Part shown: in pieces, positions 26,200-39,788 of the stretch
Layout: every line of letters begins with the position of its first letter
Position numbering within the stretch: position 1 is the stretch's first letter
NCBI RefSeq assembly: GCF_018350175.1
Contig: NC_058369.1
Coordinates: forward strand, 9,550,001 to 9,614,000
Direction of reading: 5' to 3'
DNA from: Felis catus
Lineage: Eukaryota
DNA: 64,000 nt
Program-made: the position numbers and the translations under genes
The notes under the pieces: generated by a model
Seen by the model: only the letters and a program-made list of their open reading frames with translations
Told to the model about the DNA's origin: nothing
Databases searched by the model: none

Positions 26200-26720
26200 G
26201 CAGGGACAGCTCCACTCCTAGGTAGAGAGACCCGAGAGAGGTTTAAAACAAAAACAAAACCAGAAAAAGTTCACCCAAAGACGTGCACGAGGATGTCCCT
26301 GACAGCACAATCTGGGAACTACCCAAATGGCCCCCCAAAAGCAGAGGGCCGGGCCCACAGCGGTGGAGTCACACGGCAAAACGCCACGCGGCGAGGAGAA
26401 AGAACCACCTCCAACCAATACTTGCAGCAACGGGGGTGAATCTCGCGGACGTGCTATGGAGCAAGAGAAACACAGCCTGTGACTCCACAGGCAGGAAGTT
26501 CAAATGGAGGAAAATGAATCTGTGGGGCTAGAAGTCAGGGTAGTGGTTAGCCCTGTGGTGTGAGCGGGGAGGGGAGGGGCCCGGGGGGGGGGGTCTCTGG
26601 GGAGCCAGTCACATCCTTTTTCTTGCCCTGGGCACTGGTGGTGCGACCGCGTTCACTTTGTGAGCACGTATGAAGCTGGACTTGACTTGTGTACTTTTGT
26701 ATGCGTATGTTAGACTTTCT
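26200..26720 (+). mobile_element. Old L1M 3' region
   Basis: ctgggaactacccaaatg...tagaagtcagggtagtggtta...ttcactttgtg...ttgtgtacttttgtatgcgtatgtta. Confidence 0.7.
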
Positions 26721-28934
26721 TCTGAAAGTTCGGAGTAAGTGCTTGAATACAGCTTTTTAAACGGCAGAAGCGTTTGGATATAGAAGCAAACGTTCTGCCC
26801 TGGCGCCTTCACTCGTCAGCATTTCCAGCCCCGATTCTCTTATCCAGCGCCCCCCCCCCGCCCAGCTCTCTGTCCCCTCACCCACCCCCCACCCAGAAAG
26901 CTCAGACCTGGATTACCCTGCTTGGTGACAGATTGGGGGATGGGGAGCTCTTCCTTCCAGAGCGGGGCTGTATAATATGTTTGCTACCTCGGGCCAAAGA
27001 GAGAATAAAAACTGTCTGCAGACGGCAAAATGCACAAACTCATCACAAAGCTACCAAGAGCAAGAAAGCCACAGAAAACCTAAAGAACTAACAGAACGCT
27101 CCCAATTCACCCGCGTCTCGCCCCACAGATCTTCCCTCTGAGGGGTCGCGAGCAATCCCTTCCCTCCCCAGCAGCCCCCTGATCCGCAGGATTCAGGCTG
27201 GACGGGGTGAGCTAAGGACACAACGTTAGGACTCCCACCTCCTTCCTTTCCTCTTAGAAGACTCCAAATCCAGGCTCCAGAAGGCAATCCAAAGCCATTT
27301 TCAACATGGAAACCTGTCAGCCCAGTGAACCCCTCCTGGACACCCCCCTGCAGTTATCTGAGCGTGCACACATTGAACCTTGCCACCCCCAAGCCCCCAT
27401 CACTCCCTGGTGGCGGGGGGGGAGGCCGGCAGAGTGATCACAAGACCCCTGAGTATCTCCGTGGGTCTTCATGAGGTTGGAACTCGGGAGGCAGCCACCG
27501 GGCTCCTGCTTCGTGCACCAATCAAGATGACCTCACGCTTAGGGGTGTGGCCCTCCAGAAAGACCCCAGCCAAACCTCCTAATCTCCACCACCCTCAAAA
27601 GCAGACTGTTCACACACTCCAACACCTCAGAGCCCTCTTACAACTGCAGCCCCCACAAGCCGCAAGCTGGTTCGATTTTGAGCCTGCCTAAAAATGACTC
27701 CGCCGGCCACACAGCTCCCCAAACAAGCAACCCTGGGACCACCTGAGGCCCAGCCCCGTTGAGCACAGAGCAGTGAGAACCAAAGATGATGGCATGGGGG
27801 CTCATCCAGCCCCGTTCACTTGTACCCGGAAGGCAGCCAGTTGGAACCAACCCGACGAACAGCACATTTGGGCATATGGCACCGTGGCCAGTCAGCCTGG
27901 GGGGCAGGGTGCGTCCCCCCACTTGGAATCTGGGTCACGCTTAAATAACTGCTAGAAAGCCCAACTAATTACCCATCCTTGCCTGCCTACATCTTAACAG
28001 ATGTGAAGCCCTCCTCAAGGTTTATTTCAAGCAGGCACAGATTTAAAGAAACACAAGGGGGATCTGCATTTTGATAGCATCTCCATAGAGAAAAATGTGG
28101 TCTTCACCTACTTCCTCTGGACCTTCGACTTAACAACAACAACAAAAAAAAGGCGTTTACCTGCTGGAGGTGTCCACATGGAGGCTGATTCTCCCGGTGT
28201 CCCCTCCCGGCTCCCTAGGGTGGGAGAAGTGGAATCCAACCCACGGCCTGACACTCTACCCTAGGAAGGACCTGCCGCTCCATTTCCGCTTTGCCCTATC
28301 TTTCCTATTGAAACGGTCCATCTGGGTCTTTCCGTTCGGGGCCCTAGATGGGGCTAACGGGATGCTCTGTACACCCCCAAACGATGATGGGGACCCTGAG
28401 CAGTGGTTGGCAGACACAGGCAGCAGAAGTGTCCCCCAAACCACCACTGCCTTCCCCGGATCCGGGCCGGTGGCCCGGCCGGGGATATTACCTAGGACCA
28501 GCGCTGGCCCCTCAGTGTGAAGGCCACATGTTCGTCCACTAGCTCTTGGCCCTGGGCACCCCTAACGCCCTGCCCTCAGAGAGCGGCCCCCTCCTCCTCG
28601 GGGAAGGCAGGGGTGGAGAAGCCAGGGAGCTGGGTTGGGGCTCCTGGAGGCTCCGGCGGATTCCAGCGAGGGGCACCTAAGGAAACCCGGCCGGAGCCCC
28701 CCACGGTTCTCCTGCCCTGGCCAGAGAGAGAGCCCAGGCCCCGGCCGGGTCCATGCTCATTTGGGAAGACTCTGTCTGACCCATCCGGACCTGGCCCTGC
28801 AGCCCCCCACCCAGGCCCCTGTGACGACCCCAGGGCCCAGCCCTCATTCCGGAATCGGTCCTTAGGAGGAATCCGCTCCCCCGGCTGCCCCGGCTCCCCC
28901 GGCTCCCCCCACCCCAAGCCTCCACGGTAGCTCA

Positions 28935-29840
<906 letters not shown>

Positions 29841-30311
29841 CAACGCACACCCCCTTTAAGACGCGAACGGTTTGCAAAGGACGCCCCCCCCGGGACGCAG
29901 TGGAAGCTTCAAATTCCTCCGAGGTCCGGGTCAGGCTGGCATCTTGCAAAAGGAGTGCGCTCGGCCCATTAGAAAAAAAAAAATTTTTATTGAAAAAATA
30001 AAAATAAAAACGAGGTCTTTGCGGGGGGGGGGGGAGGGCAGCCCCCAAAATTTTTAAAAAATCCCCCTATCTGTTTTGCTTGAGTTCCTAGACCTTAAAA
30101 ATGCTCAAAGATCTGTAGCCAAAAATAATGATAATAATAATGATAATGATAATGAAATTAAAGGAAAATGAATATTAACGGGAAAGGAAAGAAGGGGAGG
30201 GGGAGGGAAACGTTCCGGAGGGGCTCTTAAGGAGTCTTGAAGCCGCAGGGTGCAGGTGATTTTTTTTTTTCTTCCTGAATCACGAGCGGCTGCCTCTTCT
30301 GCTCACGAAGG

Positions 30312-30312
<1 letters not shown>

Positions 30313-30343
<31 letters not shown>

Positions 30344-30359
30344 CGCGCGCGCGCACGCA
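30313..30359. repeat. (GT)11(GC)10 alternating purine-pyrimidine tract
   Basis: Read directly from the sequence. Confidence 0.95.
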
Positions 30360-31405
30360 GCCTTTCGCTTAACCGTGCCTCATCTCGGGGTTAAATTGCA
30401 GCAATGAAATCCTGAAAATTCCCAACAGGGGAAAAAGAGAGAGAGGGAGAGAGAGGTATGCGCCGTTCGCTTAGCCACTCAATAGCTGCTCCCGGATGCT
30501 GCAGTGCCTGGCGTCCCCCCCCCCCACACTCCCCAATGCCTCCTCCTCCTCCTCCTTCTCTTCTAGGTTTTGCTAAAATAAGACTGGTGGGGAGGGGTGG
30601 GGGAAGAGGAAGGAAGAGGGAAAATGGGCTCAAAGGTCTAAACCACTAGCCAGCGAAGCTCCAAAGAGGAGCGATTGATGAGTTGAACGGGAGAAAGACC
30701 CACCCAGAATGCCGACACATGATGGCCCGCGACCAATCGCGGAGGCGCGAGGGGACCCGGCTCAGCGGAGTTTGTGGGGGAGAAGAGGGGAGAGCCGGAT
30801 GGTCGGGAGGCTGGGGGGGAAGTTGGGACGACAGATTCCTCCTCCCCTGGGAGGAAACCTTGTTTTCCAACGGGTTCCATTTCGGTTGCAGACAACCGGA
30901 CGCTCTCGGCATCTTGCAAAGAGGAGCTTGGGAGGAAGAAACTTCGTGATAAAAAGAGAAGGGGATTCGAGTCTCGGGGTGCAATCAGTCCCTAAACAAA
31001 TTTGGTCTGCTTAGCAGAGGACACAATTTTGAGGAGAACGGTCTGGGGGTACTTCTGTCAAAGCTTCAAATCACAGAGGCCCTGCAAGCTGGCATAAAAG
31101 GTCCGGCTCATCTTTGAAAAGATTCCAGAGGTGGCAAATCTTAACTGCCAGCGGCAGATCGTTAAACCAGGTCCTAGTTGGCTGGACAGGGTTTCCCGGT
31201 GGCATCTGGGGCGTGGTGTTCGCTTCTTTCCAGAACCACTGCAATTTACTTCCCATTCCCCTTTGTATACTGCGAAATTGAATCAGCACACAGAAAAAAA
31301 TGTCTAAAGCATAAATGTACAGGTGAAGATGTTGCCCTGAAACTAATACTCTTGAAACTAACACCCAGGTCCAGGGCTATAAATGGAACATTGCCCCTTT
31401 CCCAG

Positions 31406-31407
<2 letters not shown>

Positions 31408-31442
<35 letters not shown>
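31408..31442. repeat. (AC)n microsatellite
   Basis: About 17 units, read directly. Confidence 0.95.
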
Positions 31443-31443
<1 letters not shown>

Positions 31444-31444
31444 C

Positions 31445-32120
31445 AATAATCACTATGGTGACTTTATAGTATTAATAATCTAGCTTTTCTTTATACTTTT
31501 ACTACCTTATTGTGCATTCCTAAACAATACAGCTCCGCTTTGCATCTTTTTGGACACACAGTACGTATCCCGTGATGTCTGGCTTCTTTGGTCCAGTATC
31601 ATGTCTTTAAGATTCATCTGTTGGGGCGCCTGGGTGGCTCAGTTGGTTAAATGACTGACTTCGGCTCAGGTCATGATCTCACAGTTCGTGGGTTCGAGCC
31701 CCGCGTCAGGCTCTGTGCTGACCGCTTGCTCGGAGCCTGGAGCAAGCTTCAGATTCTGTATCTCCTTCTCTCTCTGCCCCTCCCCCACTTGTGCTCTGTC
31801 TCACTCTGTGTCTCAAAAATAAATAAATGTAAAAAAAAAAAAGATTCATCTGTTGTTACATGTAGCTGACTGGTTCACTCTCACTGCTGCATAGTATTCC
31901 ATTGAAAGAGTATGCCACAATTTGTATATCCATTATCCCCTTGATGGACATTTGGCTTGTCTCCAGTTGGGGCTTTCAACATTCCTGCCTCAAATACTCT
32001 TTGTGCCTATAGGCATGCATTTCTGTAGGAATAGCCCTAGGAATGGAATTTCTGGGTCCCAGGGTATGCCTGTCCTCAGGTCTATAAGATGTCACCAAAC
32101 TGTCTTTCAAAGTAGATGTA
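31445..32120 (-). mobile_element. Old L1ME-like fragment interrupted by a SINE
   Basis: tagtattccattg...gatggacatttggcttgtctccagttgggg...ctaggaatggaatt. Confidence 0.75.
31623..31840 (+). mobile_element. CAN-SINE
   Basis: TSD AAGATTCATCTGTT at 31609-31622 and 31841-31854. Confidence 0.95.
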
Positions 32121-32382
32121 CCCAGAAACCACTGAATTTTCAGAAAGCAGTGTATAGATTTGGAAGGCAGGGATGCGGATAGGGGTTGGGGAAGAGGACG
32201 AAGGCGGCAAATTATTTTCCAAGCCTTAGCTAGGTGAATCTGAGTTGGTGCCCCGCCCCCATCAGTAATTGAGTTCTTTGGAACATTCTAGAAAAGATAC
32301 ATCTTTATATAAATTCCCCATTCTGTGCCTATGAGTCAGCTTTTACAGGTTGCTTATATGGCACCTTCAACTTTTCTAACTC

Positions 32383-32664
32383 GGGGTGCCTGGGTGGCGC
32401 AGTTGGTTGAGTGTCTGACTCTTGATTTCGTCTCCGGTCATGATCCCAGAGTCGTGGGGTTGAGCCCTGCGGGGGGCATCACGCTGAGCGTGGAGTCTGC
32501 TTAAGATTTTCCCTCTCTCATGGGGCGCCTGGGTGGCTTAGTTGGTTGAGCATCTGACTTCGGCTCAGGTCATGATCTCACAGTTCACGAGTTCAAGCCC
32601 CGTATCGGGCTCTGTGCTGACAGCTCAGAGCCTGGAACCTGCTTCGGATTCTGGGTCTCCCTCC
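32383..32664 (+). mobile_element. Two tandem 3'-truncated CAN-SINEs
   Basis: Heads at 32383 and 32522; neither has an A tail. Confidence 0.85.
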
Positions 32665-35141
32665 GAAGCCCCAGTTTACAGATAAAAACACTGAGGCTGA
32701 GAGAGGTTTTAAAACTTCACCGGGTCCCCGCCATGGATCTGAAACCACATGGGACTTGGGCTCTGTTGGCCGGAGTGTAATCTGGTACAACCCCTTGGGA
32801 ACGCTGGCCATTTCTACCAACACTTGGCGTCTGAATATCCTGCCGTCCGGCATCGGCCCCCGTGGGTACGTGCCCAGGAGGGACGAGCTCGTGTGTCTGC
32901 TGAGAGACACGCCCTAGAATGTGAACAGCAGCACATTCCTACTAGCTAAGCACTGGGGACGTCCCCGATGTCCTTCGACAGTAAAGTGGACTAAATGTGC
33001 CGTGGAACATTCCCACGTGCGGTCCCGGGGAAGCAGCAGGAATGGTGGTTCCCCAGCTGCGTACAAACGCACGGGTCCGTCTCACGATCACGATGTGGAG
33101 CCAAAAGACCCAGACACGCAGTAGAACATAGTGTACGATTCCTACATATATTTACAATAGCCGAGGTATGGAAGCCACCTAAGGGTCCATCAGTAGATGA
33201 ATGGCTATAGGATACATATATACACGCACGCGCACGCTAGAATCACCCATCTATGAGTTACGCAGTTTTCTACGTGCGCTACACTTGAGAAGCAAACGTC
33301 TGTAACCCTTCTGAATGTAGATCCCATGTGGCACCACTTGTCATAGTGGCCTGTAATTCTCACTGTGTACTTTGACTGTGAAGTCCCTGCAACAGACACC
33401 GTTCTTTTGTTTTGTTTTGTTTTACTAGAAGACGAAGAACGGTTCTCCCCGGAGCGCTCTAACCCACGCCTCGAGAGCAGGCAGGCTGGCTGCATATCAG
33501 AGCCACCTGCAGGGTGTTGTAAAAATTCAGACTCCTGGGCCCTCCCCTCTACCCTGATTTTCATTCAGCAAGTCCTTGGGGGTACGGCCAGCTTTGGCAG
33601 TCGCTGCCCTGGAAGGGACAAATGTGCCATCCCTGTCTTGGCATTCTCCAGAACTATCAGCGGGGCATTTGTGGCGATTGTGGTGGAAAGATTGTTGTTC
33701 GGGGCTGTCGGGTACCTTGTGGGCTGTTTAGTACGCCCGGCCCATGCCTGCTAAGTGTCATCTGCACCCCCAATCTTGTGACAAGCACGGATATCCACAC
33801 ACATTTCCAAATGCTCCCCACCAAAGTGCCGGAAGAGTCTACCCTTTCCCCCACCAAATGACATCCCCCAAACTCACCTGACTACAAACTTTGACATGTT
33901 TGAGTATACCTCTCCTTCCTCAGCATCACCCCAAGTCCTCCAACCCCCTCAATTGCTCCATCACCCTTTTCTAGAATGAACTCAAAACTCAGGCACCCAA
34001 AAGTGTGACAGGCCCCCACGGGCATTATCCTACGGATTCACTTTACAGAGAACTACAACAACAACAAAATGCAGCTAGCCGAAGGAATGAATCTCTAATA
34101 TCTTACTATCACCTAGCCAGCGGGGATGGGTGAGCAAGAAATCTTCACAGGCTTCTCGAATGAGTGCAGTTGGCAGTTCCTTGCTCCCCATTCATCCAAA
34201 TTACTAATGTTGACCAGGTAGAACGACGCAGAATCTCATTAGCATCATAGAAGCGGCTTAGCAGCAGGCCTCCGGAAATCAGTCTCAGCCATTGGTTCTA
34301 ATCTTTAACACATCTGCCAGCTGGAAGTTTCATTTATCAATCAGCAGCAGCATTACCATACTGGCTTTGAGAATGTTATTCCAGTGAACAGGGCTAGCAT
34401 CTCTGAAATAGGTGCCCCAAATAAATGACTGTGGAGCGCATTCATTTGGCTTCTAAAACAATTACCAGCTAAGCCAGTCATGTTGAGTTGCGAAAATGGA
34501 TCAGCCAAAAGATATTTGGTCTCTGCCTTCTGGTCTGGATACCAGTCAGGGAATGAGGACCAAGATCTCTGGGAGACAGGGGGTATAAATGACAAAAACC
34601 AGATCGTATGATCCAGACATTTGTGGGTCACGATGTAGGCAGTAAGAGTGAATCCAGAGACGGAATGTGGCTGTCACCCCAGACATAACTTTAAAGAAGT
34701 ACATGCCCTACAAATTTCCAAAAACAAATGAGGCCGGAGCCTATCTCTGGATGCAGAGTGGGGTTCAAATCCTAGCTATGGCACTTCTTCCTAGCTGTGT
34801 GTTTTTGGAAAAGCGCTTAGCCTCTCTGAACTACAGTTTCCTTGTGGGTAAAATGGAGACGCAAATCGTACCCCACAGGCTCCTGTAAGGATTAATTCAG
34901 ATCAAGCAGCTAGGCACGTAGCCCGATGACTACTACACAACAAGCAGTCAAGGAAAGGTAAATGGACTTTTGTCAAAACCACCACAATCTGGAAAGATAG
35001 TCCATGTTCATGGATGGCGAGACTCAATATAATCAAAATGCCAGTTCCTCCCAACTTGGTCTGCAGATTCTATGCGATCCCCATCAAAATTGCAGCAAGT
35101 TATTTTGTGGATATTGACAAACTGATTCTACAGTTTACACA

Positions 35142-35349
35142 GGGGCGCCTGGGTGGCTCAGTCGGCTAAGCGTCCGACTTCGGCTCAGGTCACGATCTCA
35201 CGGTTCGTGGGTTCAAACCCTGAGTTGAACTCTGTGCTGACAGCTCAGAGCCCGGAGCCTGTTTTAGATTCTGTGTCTCCCTCTCTCTATGCCCCTCCCC
35301 CACTCATGCTCTGTCTCAAAAATAAATAAACATTTACAAAAATTTTTAA
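35142..35349 (+). mobile_element. CAN-SINE
   Basis: Full body inside L1. Confidence 0.9.
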
Positions 35350-35760
35350 GTGTATACAGAGACGCAAAAGACCCAGAACAACCAACACAAACAACACTGA
35401 GGGAGAAGAACAAAGTTGGAGGACCGATGCTACTCGACTTCAAGACTTACTATAAAGCCACAGTAATCAACACAGTATAACATTGGTGAAAGAACAGACA
35501 CATAGGTCAATGGAACAAGAGAGAGAGAGCTCAGAATAGACCAACATAAATACAGTCAACTGACCTTGGCAAAGGAGCAAAGGAAATACAATGGGGAAAA
35601 TCGACTTTTCGACAACTAGACATCCCCACATAAAAATGAAGGAAATCTAAGCACAGATCTCACACTCGTCACATAAATTAAAATGGATCGCAGACTAAAT
35701 AGAAAACGTAATACTGCAAAACCCCTAAAAGATGACATAGGAGAAAATCGAAGTGACCTT

Positions 35761-35964
35761 TCAACGTTTATTTATTTTTGGGACAGAGAGAGACAGAGCA
35801 TGAACGGGGGAGGGGCAGAGAGAGAGGGAGACACAGAATCGGAAACAGCCTCCAGGCTCCGAGCCATCAGCCCAGAGCCCGACTCGGGGCTCGAACTCCC
35901 GGACCGCGAGATCGTGACCTGGCTGAAGTCGGACGCTTAACCGACTGCGCCACCCAGGCGCCCT
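35761..35964 (-). mobile_element. Young felid CAN-SINE, nearly tailless
   Basis: TSD GAAAATCGAAGYGACCTT at 35743-35760 and 35965-35982. Confidence 0.93.
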
Positions 35965-36945
35965 GAAAATCGAAGCGACCTTGAGATGAATGGAAAAACT
36001 GAACTTCATTAAAAGGAAAACGCTCTGCTCTGCAAAAGACACGGTCGAGAGGATAAAAGACAAGCTGTAGACTCAGTAACAAGAACTCAAACTTGATTTT
36101 TAAATGAGCCAAAGACCTCAACAGACACCTTGACAAAGATACACAGATGGCAAACAAGCATATGGAAAGAGTCCCCACAATATACGTCCTCAGGGAAATG
36201 CAGATTAAAACAAGGAAATACCTCCGCACACCTCTCAGAATGGCCCAGATCCAGAACACTGACAAAGTCAAATGCCGGCGAGAATGCGGAGCAACCGGAA
36301 CGCTCATGCGCTGCTGGCGGGAACGCAAAATGGTACGGCTACTTTGGAAGACAGGTTGGCGGCCTCTTACAAAACTCAACTTCCTCTTCCCGCACGATCC
36401 AGCAACTGGCACTCGTTGGTATTTACCCACAGGAGGTGAAAACTTACATCCACACAAAGACCTACACACGGATGTCTAGAAGCAGCTTTCTTCAAAACTG
36501 CCAACGCCCGGAAGTAACCAAACTACCGACTTTGGGTGGTAAGGACGCGTCGGTGCGTGGAGGAAATGTACCTTCTGGTGGGGCTGTTGATGATGGGGGA
36601 GGCTATGCGTGAGCGGGGCAGCGGGTGTAAGGGAAATCGTTGTACCTTCTGCTTGGCTGTGAATCTAAAACGTGGGCTCCAAAAAATAAAGTCTGCTTTT
36701 TAAAAATCACCGCAGGTCAACTTTCCACACCTGGAATCGGAGTCTGTGCATATCATTGACCCAGACTGATTCAGTACTGGCTTCTTTTTAGTTTTTTCAA
36801 CAAACGTTTTACTTGGGAAGACTTTCAGATTTACCGAAGGCTGGAAAAAATAGTACGAGAGAGTTCCCATACGCCCCTCACCCAGCTTCCCCCTCATGTT
36901 AACATCTTACGTAGCCCAGGTACACGTGCTAAGACTAAGAAACCA

Positions 36946-37152
36946 GGGGCGCCCGGGTGGTTCAGTCGGTTAAGCATCGGACTTCGGCTCAGGTCACGAT
37001 CTCACGGTTCGCGGGTTCGAGCCCCGCGTCGGGCTCTGTGCCGACGGCTCGGAGCCTGGAGCCTGCTTCCGGTTCTGTGTCTCCCTCTCTCTCTGCCCCT
37101 CCCCCGCTCGCACTCTGTCTCTCTCTCGCTCTCAAAATAAATTTAAAAAAAT
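36946..37152 (+). mobile_element. CAN-SINE within an antisense L1M 3' end (~36800-37420)
   Basis: TSD ACTAAGAAACC. Confidence 0.9.
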
Positions 37153-37494
37153 ACTAAGAAACCCACATCAGGACAGTGCTACTAACTAAACCCTCCGCTC
37201 CCTATGCTCCGATCTCACTAGTCTTGCCGCTAATAACCTTTCCTGTTTGCCGCCTGTCATCGAGTCACCTGGCCTCCCTAGTCTTCTCTGGGACGGTTTC
37301 TTTCCTTGTTTCTCACAATCTTGATCATCTGTAGGAACATCTGGCCAGGTATTTTGTAGCGTGCCCCTCGCTTTGGGTTTGTCTGCGATTTGCTCGCGAT
37401 TAGACTGGGGCACTCCTGGGAGTCAGATTTGCCCACTGGCTGCACGGCTCCGGACTCGGGAGAGAAATCCCAACAGGGACACGTATTTGGGAGT

Positions 37495-37952
37495 TGTCAT
37501 GGGTCGAATGGTGGCCCCTAAAGACCGGGCCACATCCTGATTTCCAAAACCTAAAAATGTGATCTAATTTAGAAAAAGCGTCTCCACAGACGCCATCAAG
37601 TGAAGGATTTTGCGAGACGAGCTTATCCTGGACTCTGCAGGTGGGCCCTAAATGCACTGACAAGTGTCCCTACAAGAGATAAAGAGAAGACACAGACACA
37701 GAGGGGATGGCACATGGAGACGGAGGCAGAGATTGGAGAGATGCTTCCCTGAGCTGAGGGATACTGAGGATTGCCAGAAACACCAGAGGCTAAGAGAGAG
37801 GCAAGGGACAGATTCTCCCCTCGAGCCTGTGTGTGATCTCACTGACATTTGATTTGGGACTTCTGACCCCCAGAAGAGTGACAGAATTAATTTTCTGTGG
37901 CTTTAAACGACCTAGTTTGTAGTAAATACGGCAGCTACAGGAAATTAGCACA
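37495..37952 (+). mobile_element. Near full-length MaLR solo LTR (MLT1C-like)
   Basis: TG...CA ends; gggccctaaatg...gacggaggcagagattggagagatg...gcaagggacagattctcccct...gcagctacaggaaattagcaca. Confidence 0.88.
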
Positions 37953-38072
37953 GGGACTATCAGTACGGACACCTTGGAAGGCGGATGGAATGTTCCCGGA
38001 CAATGGACCCAGAGAGGGTTGAGGCTTTAGGAGGGATTCGTGAGAAGGGCGGACACTGAAAGGCAGAGCAGA

Positions 38073-38530
38073 GGGGCACCTGGGCGACTCAGTGGGTGAA
38101 ACGTCTGACTCTTGGACTTCGGCTCAGGTCGGGATCCCACGGTTCGTGAGATCCTGGGCCACGAGCCCTGCATCGGGCCCCGTGCTGACAGCATGGAGCC
38201 TGCTTGGGATTCCCTCTGTCTCTCTGTCTCTGGCTCTCTGCCCCTCCCCCTGCTCTCTCTCTCAAAATAAATAAACTTAAAAAAAAAAATAAAGGCAGGG
38301 GCGCCTGGGTGGCTCAGTCGGTGAAGCGTCCGACTTCGGCTCAGGTCACGATCTCACGGTTCGTGAGTTCAAGCCCTGCGTCGGGCTCTGTGCTGATGGC
38401 TCAGAGCCTGGAGCCTGCTTCCGATTCTGTGTCTCCCTCTCTCTCTGCCCTTCCCCCACTCACACTCTGTCTCTCTCTCTCTCTCTCTCTCTCAAGAAGA
38501 AATAAAAACATTAAAAAATATTTAAAAAAT
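38073..38530 (+). mobile_element. Two nested tandem CAN-SINEs (heads 38073, 38298)
   Basis: Interlocking TSDs (see findings). Confidence 0.92.
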
Positions 38531-39125
38531 AAAGGCAGAGCAGAGAAACCGAAGCCTCTAGGGGGGACTGAGAAGGTACCATCAAGGAGGAAGAAGGAAA
38601 CGGCGGCGTGTGATCCAGAAGCCCCGCGGACGGGGAGTCCAGGGTCAAAGGCTGCCAGACATAAAGCCAGACGAGGACTGAGAAGTAGCACCCTGGTCCC
38701 GCCGCACATACGAATACCGCCAGGGTTTTTTAAAGGAGCCATCACACCGCATCTGTCCTTCTGCGACTGGCTGATTGCCCTCGGCGTTATGCCCCCGGGT
38801 TCTAACCCACGTTAGAGCAGGCGTCAGAATTTCCTTCCCTTTTAACGCTGAAGAATCGCGTGTGGCTGAACTGCTTTTCTCCATTTATCTGTCAACGGAC
38901 GCCTGGGCTGCGTCCGCCTCTTGGTTATTGCGAACAATCCTACGAACGTGGGTATACAAATCTCTTTGCGTCCCTCTTTGGGGCATATTCCTCATCCCAA
39001 GGCGGGACGCCGGGGCATACGGTAATTTGATGTTTGATATTTCAAGGAATGGCCATACACGCGTCCCACAGCGACTGCAGAGCCCTACGCCTTTCAGAAG
39101 TGCGTATTAAAATAGTTACAAAATA

Positions 39126-39339
39126 GGGGCGCCTGGGTGGCGCAGTCGGTTAAGCGTCCGACTTCAGCCAGGTCACCATCTCGCGGTCAGTGAGTTCGAG
39201 CCCCGCGTCGGGCTCTGGGCTGATGGCTCAGAGCCTGGAGCCTGTTTCCAATTCCGTGTCTCCCTCTCTCTCTGCCCCTCCCCCGTTCATGCTCTGTCTC
39301 TCTCTGTCCCAAAAAAAAAAAAAAAAAAAAAAAAAAAAA
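39126..39339 (+). mobile_element. Young felid CAN-SINE with pure A29 tail
   Basis: Body near-identical to other young copies; no TSD found. Confidence 0.93.
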
Positions 39340-39788
39340 CGAAAAGGTCTGCTTTGATGGGCAAAGTAAGGTTATGTTACAAGTTTAGGTTCAGTATCAC
39401 AAGATGAGTCGCGAGTTAATAACAGCTGAAGACAGACGGAAGGAATACGGTGGCTCTTACTCTGGTGTGTCGTCTTCTGTGCTACGTTTGAACTTTTCCG
39501 GAAGGAACAGAGTCCTTTGCACCTAAGCCACTTGAGGCGTTCTTGACTCGCGTGGCGGCAGGAACCTCGCACTTAATTATGGGAACAAGGGTGTTCCGGC
39601 TTACTATATTCTCAGGCAGTTGCAAATTATATTCGGCGTCTCACCTCTCCGTTAAGTCGGGAGCTTGATTAAATGCTAACTTACATATTCACGTGGATCC
39701 TGAGACGTTAGCAAAGGGGGATTCAGTCCAATGAGTTACATCTGCTTCGGGAAACCCCGTGGTGGTTCTTCTGGGCTGAGCACTGGGG

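Larger units (their letters stand above)
34985..36700 (+). mobile_element. L1M (L1MB/MC-like) ORF2 3' end and 3' UTR relic with two SINE insertions
   Basis: gacttcaagacttactataaagccacagtaatcaacacagt (DFKTYYKATVINTV, L1 ORF2); atggcaaacaagcatatggaaaga. Confidence 0.88.

Noticed and set aside
35867..36612. 100-200 aa ORFs as active L1 or host genes
   Set aside because: Frameshifted, SINE-interrupted L1 relic.
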